A DNA stretch of 64,000 nucleotides from positions 12,302 to 76,301 of the forward strand of contig CAZVVP010000002.1 of assembly GCA_964630515.1 (NCBI GenBank). The letters run 5' to 3'. Position numbers and translations under genes: made by a program. Shown piece after piece: positions 26,755 through 36,360 of the stretch (position 1 is its first letter; each line of letters begins with the position of its first letter). Source of the DNA: an uncultured Christensenella sp. GTDB taxonomy: Bacteria; Bacillota; Clostridia; Christensenellales; UBA1242. The notes below the pieces were generated by a model, which was not told where the DNA came from, made no database searches, and saw only the letters and a list, made by a program, of their open reading frames with translations.

Positions 26755-26972
26755 ATCGACTAAATTTTTCCAAAATTTTCCAAACTTTTTTACATATTTT
26801 GGAAATTATAGCACAAATTATAACTATAAAATGATTGTCGATGAGGTGGAACATGGTATATTATGTTTAGATATAGTTGTTAATTGTATTAAACGATATA
26901 GTTTCAAAAAGTTAAATATTTAGCACCTTTTTTGTAAAATTTGAAAAATAGATTTTTATCGGTTAAATATAG

Positions 26973-27001
26973 TTGACATTTTTTTTATTAAAGTATAAAC
27001 T
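26973..27001 (+). promoter_or_regulatory. Candidate sigma-A-type promoter for the 1,180-aa surface protein gene
   Basis: TTGACA (26973-26978), 17-nt spacer, TAAACT (26996-27001). About 45 nt upstream of the start. Confidence 0.4.
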
Positions 27002-27048
27002 CTACTTGTTACAATTAATCAAATATTTAAGGAGAATTATTTACTATT

Positions 27049-30000
27049 ATGAAAGGCAACAATATTTTAAAGCAAATATCTAAGATTTTTGTATCTATTA
27101 CTATGGTATTTGCATTCCTTTGCACTCCAATAACTAAGTTCTTTAACAAGATTACTAAGGTTTTTGCTTCTAGTAATCCAGAGTTAACTAATGTAGAGGG
27201 TGCTAATATTCAGGTAGTTGGATTCGAAAGTACTGGTATAGTTGGTGAAGAGGTAAAATTACCTACAGTTATGATTGGTAATGCGACTTATCAGGCTAAC
27301 AATGATAACGATAATAGTGACTTATATTATGTAGTTAAGTCACCAGCAGGTAAGTCTGTTGTAACTCCACAATTTAAAGATGGTGATAACTCATATTATT
27401 ACTTCGTTCCGACTCAAGAAGGTGTATATACTGTTGATATCTACACACAATATGAGAACAAACTTAATACAGTTGTAGAGAATTTACAAATCAATGTTTC
27501 TAAGGCAGAAGTTGAATTCTCAGTTGATACAACAGCTATTGTAAAAAGTGGCAGTACTGCTAACATTTTACCTGCAAAGATTACTCTTTCGGACTTAACA
27601 AGCGATGCGTTTAAGCTTGATGCTCCTACAATTTCAGAAGGCGCAGATATGGCTAATATTAAGGTTGTTTGTATTCCTGCGGGCAAAACCAGCACAAATG
27701 ATGGCTACACACTAGTTTATGATGCTACAACTAAGACTTATTCTTTCTCAGCAGAGGATAAGGCAACAATTACTACTAATAACAAGTATGGTACTTACAC
27801 ATTTAAGTATTCTTATATCTCTAATGGTGTAAAATTGGGTAACGATATTACTTCTACTTGTGAAGTTACTGAGACTGATGACTTCGAAGATGATATCAAG
27901 CTTGCACTTAGCACTCTTATTTCTTCATCTGAGTTGACAAGTGCTAATATTGGCGAAACTATTGACTTACCTACAGCTACCGTATATAACTCAGCTAGTG
28001 GCACAACAGATGCAATCCCAGCAATCCTTTCTATTAAGATTACTCCATCAGAGTCTATTAGCGATGCAGTTATTGAACAAGAAGGTTATACTTTTAGTGC
28101 AAACAAGATCGGTACTTATCAAGTAACTTATACTGCAACTTATCCATATACTGATAAGACAGTTGAGAAGAATTATATTATTGAGCTTAAAGACGAAGTT
28201 GCACCAGATGTTATGTTTGTTAAGTCTTATGACAAAGACACAGACTATATTGCAACTACCCAAAACCCAACAGAGGCAGGTTTTGTAGAATATCTAGAAA
28301 CTAACAAAGATGCTAGCGATATGCTTAAGTCTGTTTATGTTCTTGGTGATGTTGATGGCGAAGAAGGATTGGAGGCAAAAATCGAAATCCCAGCTATCTA
28401 TGCTAAAGACAACTCAACAGATGGTAACTATACTCTAACAAGAGATATTACTACTGCTAACAATTCAAGTGTTGTAATTAGCGAAGATGCTAACAAAGAG
28501 ACTTTCTATACCGCAACATCTGAGGGTGTATACACCGTTTACTTTAGAGCTACAGATTCTAACGGTAAGAGCACTATTGCTAAACACTCTATGCTTGTTG
28601 TATCTGAAGATACTCTAAGAGAACTTTCAGAAGCTACAACTAATGAAGAAATTCTTAAGCCAGAACTTACGACTGCAACTCTTCCTAGAAGTATTGAATC
28701 TGATCAGGAATTGACTTTTGCTATCCCTACAGCAACTGATGCTTTGACTAATGATTTCAAGAACACTTTCACAAGATTAAAATCTTCTTCCATCAGCTGG
28801 TCAAGTAATGTAGATATTACTACAACTCTACAAGCATACACTTATGATGCTAACGAAGATGAGTATGTGCCTATGAGCGGTGTTTCTTACACATTCACAG
28901 AAGATGATATTAATGATAATAATCAATATACTTTAGACATGCAAGAATTCCTTGCTGATGTAACTTCTAAAGCAGATATTGCATATTTCAAAGTATCTTA
29001 TTATGCACAAACTGATTGGATGAAAGCACTTAATATCTCTGCACAAACTAAGAATTCTTCTAATATTGAGTTTATTTATGTAGAAGATGATACAACAGCT
29101 CCAACAATCGCACTTCTTGAAAATAGTGGCAAAACATCATTAAATGATCTTATTTATCTATTAAATACAGATAATATTAACCAAGTAATTGATGGTCGTG
29201 TTACAACGGTTGCTATAGAAAGTAATGGTAAAGTAACTCTTGCCGATGGTTCACTTGTTGCACCATTCAATCAATATTCTAGTACAAATCAAGAAGAAGT
29301 AATTTTGCCAGATTTAATTATTACTGATGCAGAAGATAGGTCAAACCTTTCTGTAACAGGAACAATTACAGACGCACTTGGCAATACTAAATCTTTCTTG
29401 CCTACAATTACTAAGATTGAGACATTGGTAGATTCATATCAATATTATGTAGATATGGGTTCTCACCAATTAACAACTGCTGGTCAACATACCATTACAA
29501 TTACTGCAGTAGATAAGGGCGGAAACATCTCAACTTATTCTTATGCAATATTTGTTAATGATAATACAAGCCCATCAGATATCGTTCTTAATACAGATAT
29601 TATTGGTGATAGTACAATCAGTACAACATATAATGTAGGAGAGTTTATTTATTTCCCAGAAGCTACAGTTGTAGACAATATGGATGAGGATATTGAGTAT
29701 ACCGCTACTCTTACATCATATCCTGCTAACGCAAGAATTATTGAGAACAAGTATAATCGTGGTTTCAAAACTTTGACTGCTGGAACTTATGAGATTACCT
29801 ATTCTTGTGAAGACTCTTCCGGTAATCCTTATACTAAGGTATATACTCTAGAAGTTATTGACAAAGATTACACTTCTATCGTAGTAGATGATTCTTTATT
29901 CCCAGAAGATATGAGATACTCTTTTGATGATACTACGACAACTAATGAGATTGTTATCCCATTCGGTATTACTATGAATACAGTTGACCCAACTCTTAAT

Positions 30001-30591
30001 AATATTGAGGTTAAACCAACTGTTAAGAATTCTAATAATGTAACTCAAACTGTTACTGCTAGTGATGATAACTACTCCTTTAATGCTAAACAAGGTATAT
30101 ATACAATTGAGTACAAATATGGCTCAGTTTCTAAGACTTTTACAATTTATGTAGGTGATACAGATGCTCCAACTATTAAGTGGTTAGAAGATGTTCCAAC
30201 TTCTCTTGACCTTAATGCGAAGTGGGGTGCTGGCATCGACGAAATGTTTGAGATTACTGATATCAAGAACGGTGAAAAAACCACTCTAGAATACAAGTCA
30301 ATCACAATCACTACTCCAAGTAGTTCTACTAAGGTAACTCTTACTGGAGATAATAATTACACATTTGATACAGAAGGCGACTATACTCTTACAATTACTT
30401 TCACAGATGGAGTTAATGAGGTAACTGAGACTAAGACTATTACAGTTGCTGGAAAAACAACAGAAGTTACCAACAACACAACTAACGTAGTAGGAACAAT
30501 CCTTCTTGTTGCTTCAATCTTGGTTGTTGGTGGTGTAATTGTATACCTTATCTTATCTTCTAAGAAATCTTCTAAGAAGAACAAAAATTAA
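27049..30591 (+). CDS. Large surface protein with tandem Ig-like (DUF5011/HYR-like) domains, signal peptide and C-terminal TM anchor
   Basis: N-terminal hydrophobic leader ending VFA/SSN. Recurrent domain-boundary motifs: KDEVAPDV, EDDTTAPTI, NDNTSPSDI, GDTDAPTI. Each is preceded by Y-x-A-x-D-x-x-G-N/K strands (FRATDSNGKS, ITAVDKGGNIS, YSCEDSSGNPY). The C-terminus VVGTILLVASILVVGGVIVYLILSSKKSSKKNKN is a TM helix with a basic tail. No LPXTG. Confidence 0.8.
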   Translation: MKGNNILKQISKIFVSITMVFAFLCTPITKFFNKITKVFASSNPELTNVEGANIQVVGFESTGIVGEEVKLPTVMIGNATYQANNDNDNSDLYYVVKSPAGKSVVTPQFKDGDNSYYYFVPTQEGVYTVDIYTQYENKLNTVVENLQINVSKAEVEFSVDTTAIVKSGSTANILPAKITLSDLTSDAFKLDAPTISEGADMANIKVVCIPAGKTSTNDGYTLVYDATTKTYSFSAEDKATITTNNKYGTYTFKYSYISNGVKLGNDITSTCEVTETDDFEDDIKLALSTLISSSELTSANIGETIDLPTATVYNSASGTTDAIPAILSIKITPSESISDAVIEQEGYTFSANKIGTYQVTYTATYPYTDKTVEKNYIIELKDEVAPDVMFVKSYDKDTDYIATTQNPTEAGFVEYLETNKDASDMLKSVYVLGDVDGEEGLEAKIEIPAIYAKDNSTDGNYTLTRDITTANNSSVVISEDANKETFYTATSEGVYTVYFRATDSNGKSTIAKHSMLVVSEDTLRELSEATTNEEILKPELTTATLPRSIESDQELTFAIPTATDALTNDFKNTFTRLKSSSISWSSNVDITTTLQAYTYDANEDEYVPMSGVSYTFTEDDINDNNQYTLDMQEFLADVTSKADIAYFKVSYYAQTDWMKALNISAQTKNSSNIEFIYVEDDTTAPTIALLENSGKTSLNDLIYLLNTDNINQVIDGRVTTVAIESNGKVTLADGSLVAPFNQYSSTNQEEVILPDLIITDAEDRSNLSVTGTITDALGNTKSFLPTITKIETLVDSYQYYVDMGSHQLTTAGQHTITITAVDKGGNISTYSYAIFVNDNTSPSDIVLNTDIIGDSTISTTYNVGEFIYFPEATVVDNMDEDIEYTATLTSYPANARIIENKYNRGFKTLTAGTYEITYSCEDSSGNPYTKVYTLEVIDKDYTSIVVDDSLFPEDMRYSFDDTTTTNEIVIPFGITMNTVDPTLNNIEVKPTVKNSNNVTQTVTASDDNYSFNAKQGIYTIEYKYGSVSKTFTIYVGDTDAPTIKWLEDVPTSLDLNAKWGAGIDEMFEITDIKNGEKTTLEYKSITITTPSSSTKVTLTGDNNYTFDTEGDYTLTITFTDGVNEVTETKTITVAGKTTEVTNNTTNVVGTILLVASILVVGGVIVYLILSSKKSSKKNKN

Positions 30592-30613
30592 TATTTGATT
30601 AATATTACAAAGA

Positions 30614-30646
30614 AACACTTCAAATACGAATGAGGTGTTTTTTTGT
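30614..30646 (+). terminator. Intrinsic terminator after the surface protein gene
   Basis: AACACTTC / GAGGTGTT stem (one G-U), 10-nt loop, then T7. Confidence 0.7.
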
Positions 30647-30686
30647 TGCTCAAAAATTTGCTATTTATCAAATATTATGAATTAAT

Positions 30687-30715
30687 TTGCCAATATCTAT
30701 AATTTATTGTAAAAT
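30687..30715 (+). promoter_or_regulatory. Candidate sigma-A-type promoter of the three-gene unknown operon
   Basis: TTGCCA (30687-30692), 17-nt spacer, TAAAAT (30710-30715). Confidence 0.45.
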
Positions 30716-30784
30716 ACAAATAATATTATTAACATAATTAGACATATGTCTGCTTTTTGTTATACATTTGGAGGAAAATGGAAG

Positions 30785-33595
30785 ATGGCGATAGTCGCTT
30801 TAATAATAGCAATTCCTGTTTTAGTAATTGCATTAACAATAGGTATTAACGGTTGTATTAGTGTGTTTTTTGGTTTCTGTTATCGAATTGCACATGTGTT
30901 TTTGTGGCTTATTGATTTTGCACAGTCTTTAATGAGAAGATTATGTGGTTTAAACAATGATGGTGGAGATGTATTGTTAGAATTTTTAAAACAACCAAGT
31001 GTATATAATGCATTTTTAGGTATTTTGATTATCGCACTAATTTTGGTTGTTGTTTTTACAATTATACAAATTGTCAGAATACAATGGACTACTGAAGGTT
31101 CTAAGAATGCAGTTGGTCCGTTAATTAAAACCGCATTGAAATCTCTATTCTTTTTCTTTCTTATTCCAACATTTAGTATGATTGGAATCTTCGTTTCAAA
31201 TATGTTTCTTGAAGCTGTAGATGAAGCTACTTCAACTGTTGCTGATGAAGATGGACAATCAAGATCCATTGCTGGTCAAATTTTTTCAATTGCCAGTGAA
31301 GATGCAAATCCATATGCTGAGGATAATGATAAGATAGATTGGGTTTGGTGCGGATGGGATGACTTTTTAAATATTCTACTCAATAAAATAACCTTTGGAC
31401 TCGCGGGAGATTATGATGATGATACAGGAATAATTGTACGTGTCACTGGAACTTCAAACAAAGGTGAGGATAAAGTATATTTCGAAGGTGATCAAGTTAA
31501 AGGGGCTAGCAATTTAGGTTTGACTGAAGATGCCGAAAGTATTAATCTAGCTTTTTCGCAACTTACAGAAGATGCAATAAAGTTTGAAACCGGTTTTAGA
31601 GGACAAGATAATTATGCAAAGAGGTTAAAGAAAGATGAGCCTATAAATTATACAAATTATGATGCTGTATATTATGTTTATAATTTCAGTCAAATGAATT
31701 ATGCTGTATTATACATTGCAGGTTATTTTGTTTTAAAAGCACTAATCGATATTGTTTTTGGCCTAGTTATGAGGATTTATAAAATTGTAATATTATTAGT
31801 AATTTCACCGTATCCAGTTGCAGCATCAGTTCTTGATGATGGGCAATCATTAAATAAATGGAAAGGTAAATTCTTGGGTGAATTATTTTCATCGTATGCT
31901 GTTATTGCTGGCCTTAATTTGTTTATGATGTTAATTCCTTCCATAATAGGAAAAAATGGAATACAAATATTTACAAAAGATGCTGTTGGCGCCGAAGTTG
32001 GTTTTTATAATGGTGTTCTACAAATTATATTTCTAACTGTCGGGTGCATGATGATTAAAGATATCGTCGGAATTATTGCGGACTTAATTGGTGCTAATAA
32101 TACTATGGCTGATGGAGAAGGAATGTCAAAGCAAGTTGGAGATATGGCTATGAAAGCTGGCTCAGTCGCTATGGGTGGACTAACAATGGCATCATCTGCT
32201 GCTTTCTCATTAGGTGCAGGAGCTATGGCTCTTGGAAAAACTGCCGTTAATAAATTTCAAAATTCTAAAGCGAAAAAAAGAGAAAAGGAATTTAAAGATA
32301 GTGTCGATAAAGAGTTAGGTGGAAGTGTAAGTAGAAACGAAAAAAATAGAGACACAGCTCTGGAGAATGCAAAAAATCTTGCAGATCTTGAGGCGAAAGA
32401 AAAAGCTGGGACGCTTACAGCCGAAGAACAGGACGAGATGGACAAATTGTCTCAGGGTGGAACTGTAACATCACAAGACTATAAAAAGGCTGCTGATCTT
32501 GCTTCACAAAATCTTGAGACGATATATAAAAGTGATTCTTATAAGAATGCACAAAAAAAGCATTCTAAATTACAAGAAAAATCTGCTGGTTGGAATAAAC
32601 ATGCGCAAAATTCAGCTGCTAGTACAGCAATTAGTTTAAGAAACGTTCATAGAGGCGCTGCTGCATTTAGCTTAGGTTTAGGCAATATGGTAGGAAATAC
32701 TTCGATTGGAAAGATGGTAGATCAAGGTACTTTTGGGTTATTGCATAAAGAAAATAGAAGCAAACTGGACAAAGGTATTGCAGAATCTGCCTCCGGTGAA
32801 GCTGTTATGAAGGCGGCCGCTGGTGTAGAAAAAAGTCGTCAGGCCGATGGAGGATTTTGGCTAGGCAAAGTTAATAGAGGTTTAGCAGCACTTGATAAAC
32901 AACTTCATGACGGCAAACAAACAGCTCTTTCAAATTTATTGAAACCAAAGGATAGAAGCACAGGTGCTGTTAGTGAAGTAGATAATTTATTAAATCCATT
33001 TGAAAGATTAGTTGGTGCGATGGATAACAATTTAACTGAAAAAGATATTACAAAAGACTTCTTAGCAAACTTTAATACTTCAGATATGGAAAAAATAGCC
33101 AAAGCTGTGGAAAGAGGTATCAAAGCAGGAATGGATCCGAACAAAATGGATGAGAATACTGCTAGAGATTTAGTTGCAAATCGTGCAGAAATAGAAGATA
33201 AATTATCCTATCACGATCCAAGTATAAGAGAAGAATTAAAAGAATTCTTAGATGGCTTGGAAGAAGGTTTGGCTTATAAAGAAGGTTCTGCAGAAAGAAA
33301 GATAGCTTTCGATAAAGCTTCGGTTAATGCAAAGAATCTTGATGGTAAAATTGTAACGAAATTGGATAAGACAGCTATCAATGAAATAAAAGAAGGCTTA
33401 AAAAATGGTAAGACATCTCTTAAAGCAGTTATGGATAATAAAGCTTATAATCAGGAATTGAGAAACATAATTTCAAAAGGCTTCACTGAAGCTTATCAGA
33501 GAGTAGCAAATGCTAAATATGATAGCAAACAAGATAATCTTGTTGCTGAGTTGTTAAGACAAATTCTTGATGTAACAAAGAGCAATAAGAAATAA
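30785..33595 (+). CDS. Polytopic membrane protein with long Lys/Ala/Glu-rich cytoplasmic tail (VirB6/TrbL/TcpH-like layout); function unknown
   Basis: GGAGGA at 30770-30775 lies 9 nt before the ATG at 30785 (MAIVALII...). The ORF-track start at 30746 has no RBS. About 8 hydrophobic helices fall in the first ~470 aa (AIVALIIAIPVLVIALTIGI, FLGILIIALILVVVFTIIQIV, LFFFFLIPTFSMIGIFVSNMF, YAVLYIAGYFVLKALIDIVFGLV, IVILLVISPYPVAASVL, YAVIAGLNLFMMLIPSII, VLQIIFLTVGCMMIKDIVGIIADLIG). A Gly/Ala-rich segment follows (AMGGLTMASSAAFSLGAGAMALG), then ~470 aa of hydrophilic, helix-prone sequence. Confidence 0.8.
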   Translation: MAIVALIIAIPVLVIALTIGINGCISVFFGFCYRIAHVFLWLIDFAQSLMRRLCGLNNDGGDVLLEFLKQPSVYNAFLGILIIALILVVVFTIIQIVRIQWTTEGSKNAVGPLIKTALKSLFFFFLIPTFSMIGIFVSNMFLEAVDEATSTVADEDGQSRSIAGQIFSIASEDANPYAEDNDKIDWVWCGWDDFLNILLNKITFGLAGDYDDDTGIIVRVTGTSNKGEDKVYFEGDQVKGASNLGLTEDAESINLAFSQLTEDAIKFETGFRGQDNYAKRLKKDEPINYTNYDAVYYVYNFSQMNYAVLYIAGYFVLKALIDIVFGLVMRIYKIVILLVISPYPVAASVLDDGQSLNKWKGKFLGELFSSYAVIAGLNLFMMLIPSIIGKNGIQIFTKDAVGAEVGFYNGVLQIIFLTVGCMMIKDIVGIIADLIGANNTMADGEGMSKQVGDMAMKAGSVAMGGLTMASSAAFSLGAGAMALGKTAVNKFQNSKAKKREKEFKDSVDKELGGSVSRNEKNRDTALENAKNLADLEAKEKAGTLTAEEQDEMDKLSQGGTVTSQDYKKAADLASQNLETIYKSDSYKNAQKKHSKLQEKSAGWNKHAQNSAASTAISLRNVHRGAAAFSLGLGNMVGNTSIGKMVDQGTFGLLHKENRSKLDKGIAESASGEAVMKAAAGVEKSRQADGGFWLGKVNRGLAALDKQLHDGKQTALSNLLKPKDRSTGAVSEVDNLLNPFERLVGAMDNNLTEKDITKDFLANFNTSDMEKIAKAVERGIKAGMDPNKMDENTARDLVANRAEIEDKLSYHDPSIREELKEFLDGLEEGLAYKEGSAERKIAFDKASVNAKNLDGKIVTKLDKTAINEIKEGLKNGKTSLKAVMDNKAYNQELRNIISKGFTEAYQRVANAKYDSKQDNLVAELLRQILDVTKSNKK

Positions 33596-33601
33596 TTAGT
33601 T

Positions 33602-33623
33602 GATGCCTAATATTTTAGGCATC
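33602..33623 (+). other. Perfect 9-bp hairpin between operon genes 1 and 2 (no U-tract)
   Basis: GATGCCTAA-TATT-TTAGGCATC, followed by TCTAATTAAAGAGG (the RBS) rather than a T-run. Confidence 0.5.
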
Positions 33624-33642
33624 TCTAATTAAAGAGGTAAAT

Positions 33643-34407
33643 ATGATTGATAAGATAAAAATGAGAAAAATAAGATATGATGTAGTCAAACAGTTAGAAC
33701 TTGAAGATTTATTAAACAAAATTAATACAGCTTTAGATAATAAAGAAAAATATAAAGAAGATTTTGATTATCTTAAAGATTTGCAAAAAGAAGCAAATCT
33801 TGATATTTCTAAACTTAATTATGAAGAAATAATTAATCAATTGGAAACTTTTGTTAAAGATAGTAATACGATTGATTCTATAGATCATTTACCTATACTT
33901 GATTATATAGATGAAGTTTTTCAACAAGTAGATGAAGATAATTTTGTATTATCAGAAGATAAGCTTGCTGAATTTGAAAATTTCTTATTACAACTATTAC
34001 AGATAGAAAAATTACAAGTAAGAATGTTAGAGCAAGCACAACAAATTTTTTACATTGGTGATAATAATGACATATATGATGTTTCAACAGATAAAGTTGT
34101 TATTAAAGCTAAAGATATCTTAAAAGAATTTAATTCTGACAACGAAGAAGATATTAGTCAGTTAAGTATTCAATATATTGCAAAATTAATCGTTTCTTCT
34201 CAAAGAAAATATATAATGGGGTTAGATTTTAGTGATGAAGGCTTTTATACTACATTAGAGGGTGATGATATTTTTACTGAAGAAGAGAAAAAATTTATCA
34301 TAGAAGAATCGAATCTTGAAAGGAATAAAATTCTTGGTCAAGATTTAGAAGAGGATAATAACAACATAGAAGAAAATGATATATTCGATGATGTGACTAT
34401 TGATTAA
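33643..34407 (+). CDS. Highly acidic cytoplasmic protein, unknown function
   Basis: RBS AGAGG 6-7 nt upstream. 254 aa, very Asp/Glu-rich (ends EEDNNNIEENDIFDDVTID). No signal peptide or TM. Only 47 nt after the upstream gene. Confidence 0.75.
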   Translation: MIDKIKMRKIRYDVVKQLELEDLLNKINTALDNKEKYKEDFDYLKDLQKEANLDISKLNYEEIINQLETFVKDSNTIDSIDHLPILDYIDEVFQQVDEDNFVLSEDKLAEFENFLLQLLQIEKLQVRMLEQAQQIFYIGDNNDIYDVSTDKVVIKAKDILKEFNSDNEEDISQLSIQYIAKLIVSSQRKYIMGLDFSDEGFYTTLEGDDIFTEEEKKFIIEESNLERNKILGQDLEEDNNNIEENDIFDDVTID

Positions 34408-34428
34408 TTTGTTCAACTTTGTTATAAT
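34400..34428 (+). promoter_or_regulatory. Candidate internal sigma-A-type promoter for the 628-aa gene
   Basis: TTGATT (34400-34405), 17-nt spacer, TATAAT (34423-34428). Overlaps the stop codon of the acidic-protein gene. Confidence 0.4.
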
Positions 34429-34462
34429 ATAGCAAGTATGCTACAAAGTTGGAGGGAGAGAT

Positions 34463-36349
34463 ATGGATTTATTTACTAAAGAGTTTAAATTGGCTGCAAT
34501 TTTTAAAGGTATAGGAAAAATAGGGCATGATAGGATGTTGGGACTATTGGAATATTATATAGGGCTATTGTCTCAAAATAGTTACTATTCTAGCCGCATA
34601 GAAAAAGATGTTGCTCCTCCAAAGCCAGACCCATCTCCAAAGAAGAATCCCGAATTGACAATCCCTGAAGCGAAGGGGAAGGATAGATTTAAGGAGTTGG
34701 ATAAACTTCTTAGAGTCCATGGCTTAGATTGGAAGAGTAAAACTCCAGAGCAAAAGGAGTTCTACGAACAGTTTATAGAGAAATCTCAAGAAGATGTTAT
34801 GAATGTTGTTGGAGCCACTTTCGATGAAATTTTGAAAGCTGGTAACATTAATCCGGAAATTATAAAGATGATGTCTGCCATGAAAGATGCATTTTCTGTA
34901 GATCCGGAAAATGCTAAAAGTTGTCCAATGATGTCTTTGATTGAAGCAATTAAGGAGGATAAAATTCCTTATGATGCTCTTCCTATAGAAGTTTTATCGA
35001 CTCTAAAGACTTTAGATGATTTGGCAGCTACAGCTTTAGGTATTGATCCAAAAGAATTTGCAGATAAGAACTTAGGAATGAAAGACCAATTTGGAACATT
35101 CCAGTTTCCTCCTCATGCAGACTTGTCCAAGTTAGGGATAGAGGGGCAATTTGTATTTGCTATCCAGCAAATGTTTGCTAAAGAAGATATGACTGCAATG
35201 ATGACTCCGGGCAGTAAATTAAAGTCTGTAGATATGCTAAATACTATGTTAGCTAAGTATTCAGAGATGATAACTACTAAAGAGAATGCTAGTAAAGATA
35301 GAGCAAAATTAAGAGCTAAAGACTATGAAGCTGCGGCGGTAAAGAGTTCTAAAGAAATATATGCATTTGATGAGTTGCAAGGTGATGTGGCAAGCGAAAA
35401 AGTAGACAAAAGCATCATTAGGCACGATAAAGAAAGGGCAAAACAAATAAAAGAATTAGGCGAAGAGAAGTTAGAGCAAAGAAGACAAATGTTAAGAAAT
35501 CAAGAGATGGCAAAAAAAGCTGCTTCTGGCGAAATGACAGAAGAGCAGTTAGAGGTTCTTGATGAATATCATAAGATTATGGACGAAGTTGCAGATCTTA
35601 TGGATGTACATAGAGGGATAAACAACGACAAAAAACGTGACCATGGATATTGGAGACATGAGGCAGATAACCAAGCAATTGCCAATTATGCTAAAGATGA
35701 AGCTAAAATGCTTGCTAGTTTAGGAAACAAATTAAAGACTGGAAAAATTACTTTTGAGCAATACAAAGCGATTAGAGATGGTGTTGACCTTGCAATGGAT
35801 GAAGGGGCTTACAAGAATAGACCTATAAGCGAAGTATATGCTCAGTTTGAGCAAGAAGTTGTAGAGGGTAAAGCAAAGATTCAAGAGGAAAAAGTTGTAT
35901 TTGAAAAGAAAGAGGCTATCAGAGGTACAATGACCAAAGATGAGTGGATTGCAAAAGAATTTGCTGAAGACAAAGATAGAATCAAGTTTGATAAACAATT
36001 AACTATGTATGCAAAAGATATTGATAAGGCACAAGAATATTTAAATGAGCTTGCGAAAACCGACCCTGCTAAAGCTAAAGAAGTAGAAATGTTGATAAAG
36101 GAAAGACAAGTAGAGTTAGAGGCTGATGCTAGAGCTAAAGCTGGATTTAAGGAAATGGTTGACAAAGAAAATGCTGTTAAGAGAGGTGAGCCATTAGAGG
36201 CAGAAGCTCCAGAGGTTGCAGAGTCTGAAACAGAGGCAGAAACTGAGAAAACTGAGTCGGAAGTTGTCCCAGAGGTTGTTCCAGAATTAGTTGAGGAAGA
36301 AGCTAAGCCAAAACCTCCAGTAATGGAAGATGCAGAGCCAACAATGTAG
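34463..36349 (+). CDS. Charged coiled-coil-type cytoplasmic protein with Glu/Pro-rich C-terminal tail, unknown function
   Basis: RBS GGAGGGAG at 34451-34458. 628 aa. No TM or signal peptide. Long Lys/Glu/Ala heptad-like stretches. Tail EAEAPEVAESETEAETEKTESEVVPEVVPELVEEEAKPKPP. Confidence 0.8.
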   Translation: MDLFTKEFKLAAIFKGIGKIGHDRMLGLLEYYIGLLSQNSYYSSRIEKDVAPPKPDPSPKKNPELTIPEAKGKDRFKELDKLLRVHGLDWKSKTPEQKEFYEQFIEKSQEDVMNVVGATFDEILKAGNINPEIIKMMSAMKDAFSVDPENAKSCPMMSLIEAIKEDKIPYDALPIEVLSTLKTLDDLAATALGIDPKEFADKNLGMKDQFGTFQFPPHADLSKLGIEGQFVFAIQQMFAKEDMTAMMTPGSKLKSVDMLNTMLAKYSEMITTKENASKDRAKLRAKDYEAAAVKSSKEIYAFDELQGDVASEKVDKSIIRHDKERAKQIKELGEEKLEQRRQMLRNQEMAKKAASGEMTEEQLEVLDEYHKIMDEVADLMDVHRGINNDKKRDHGYWRHEADNQAIANYAKDEAKMLASLGNKLKTGKITFEQYKAIRDGVDLAMDEGAYKNRPISEVYAQFEQEVVEGKAKIQEEKVVFEKKEAIRGTMTKDEWIAKEFAEDKDRIKFDKQLTMYAKDIDKAQEYLNELAKTDPAKAKEVEMLIKERQVELEADARAKAGFKEMVDKENAVKRGEPLEAEAPEVAESETEAETEKTESEVVPEVVPELVEEEAKPKPPVMEDAEPTM

Positions 36350-36360
36350 ACTGTTGATAT

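Noticed and set aside
26794-26809. 16-mer ATATTTTGGAAATTAT shared with 42806-42821, upstream of the secG-like gene.
   Set aside because: My rough estimate for DNA this AT-rich is that a few identical 16-mer pairs per 64 kb are expected by chance. The two copies sit at different distances from their promoters. I kept only the local TTTCCAAA cluster, as a low-interest finding.
26831-26923. 30-aa ORF (MIVDEVEHGILCLDIVVNCIKRYSFKKLNI) in the intergenic region before the surface-protein gene. Also a 16-aa ORF at 24962-25012 after the giant gene.
   Set aside because: Neither has a Shine-Dalgarno sequence upstream or any recognisable motif. ORFs of this length are expected by chance.
30746-30784. 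ORF-track N-terminal extension of the 949-aa membrane protein (MSAFCYTFGGKWK).
   Set aside because: The GGAGGA at 30770-30775 lies inside this extension and is correctly spaced for the ATG at 30785. No RBS precedes 30746.
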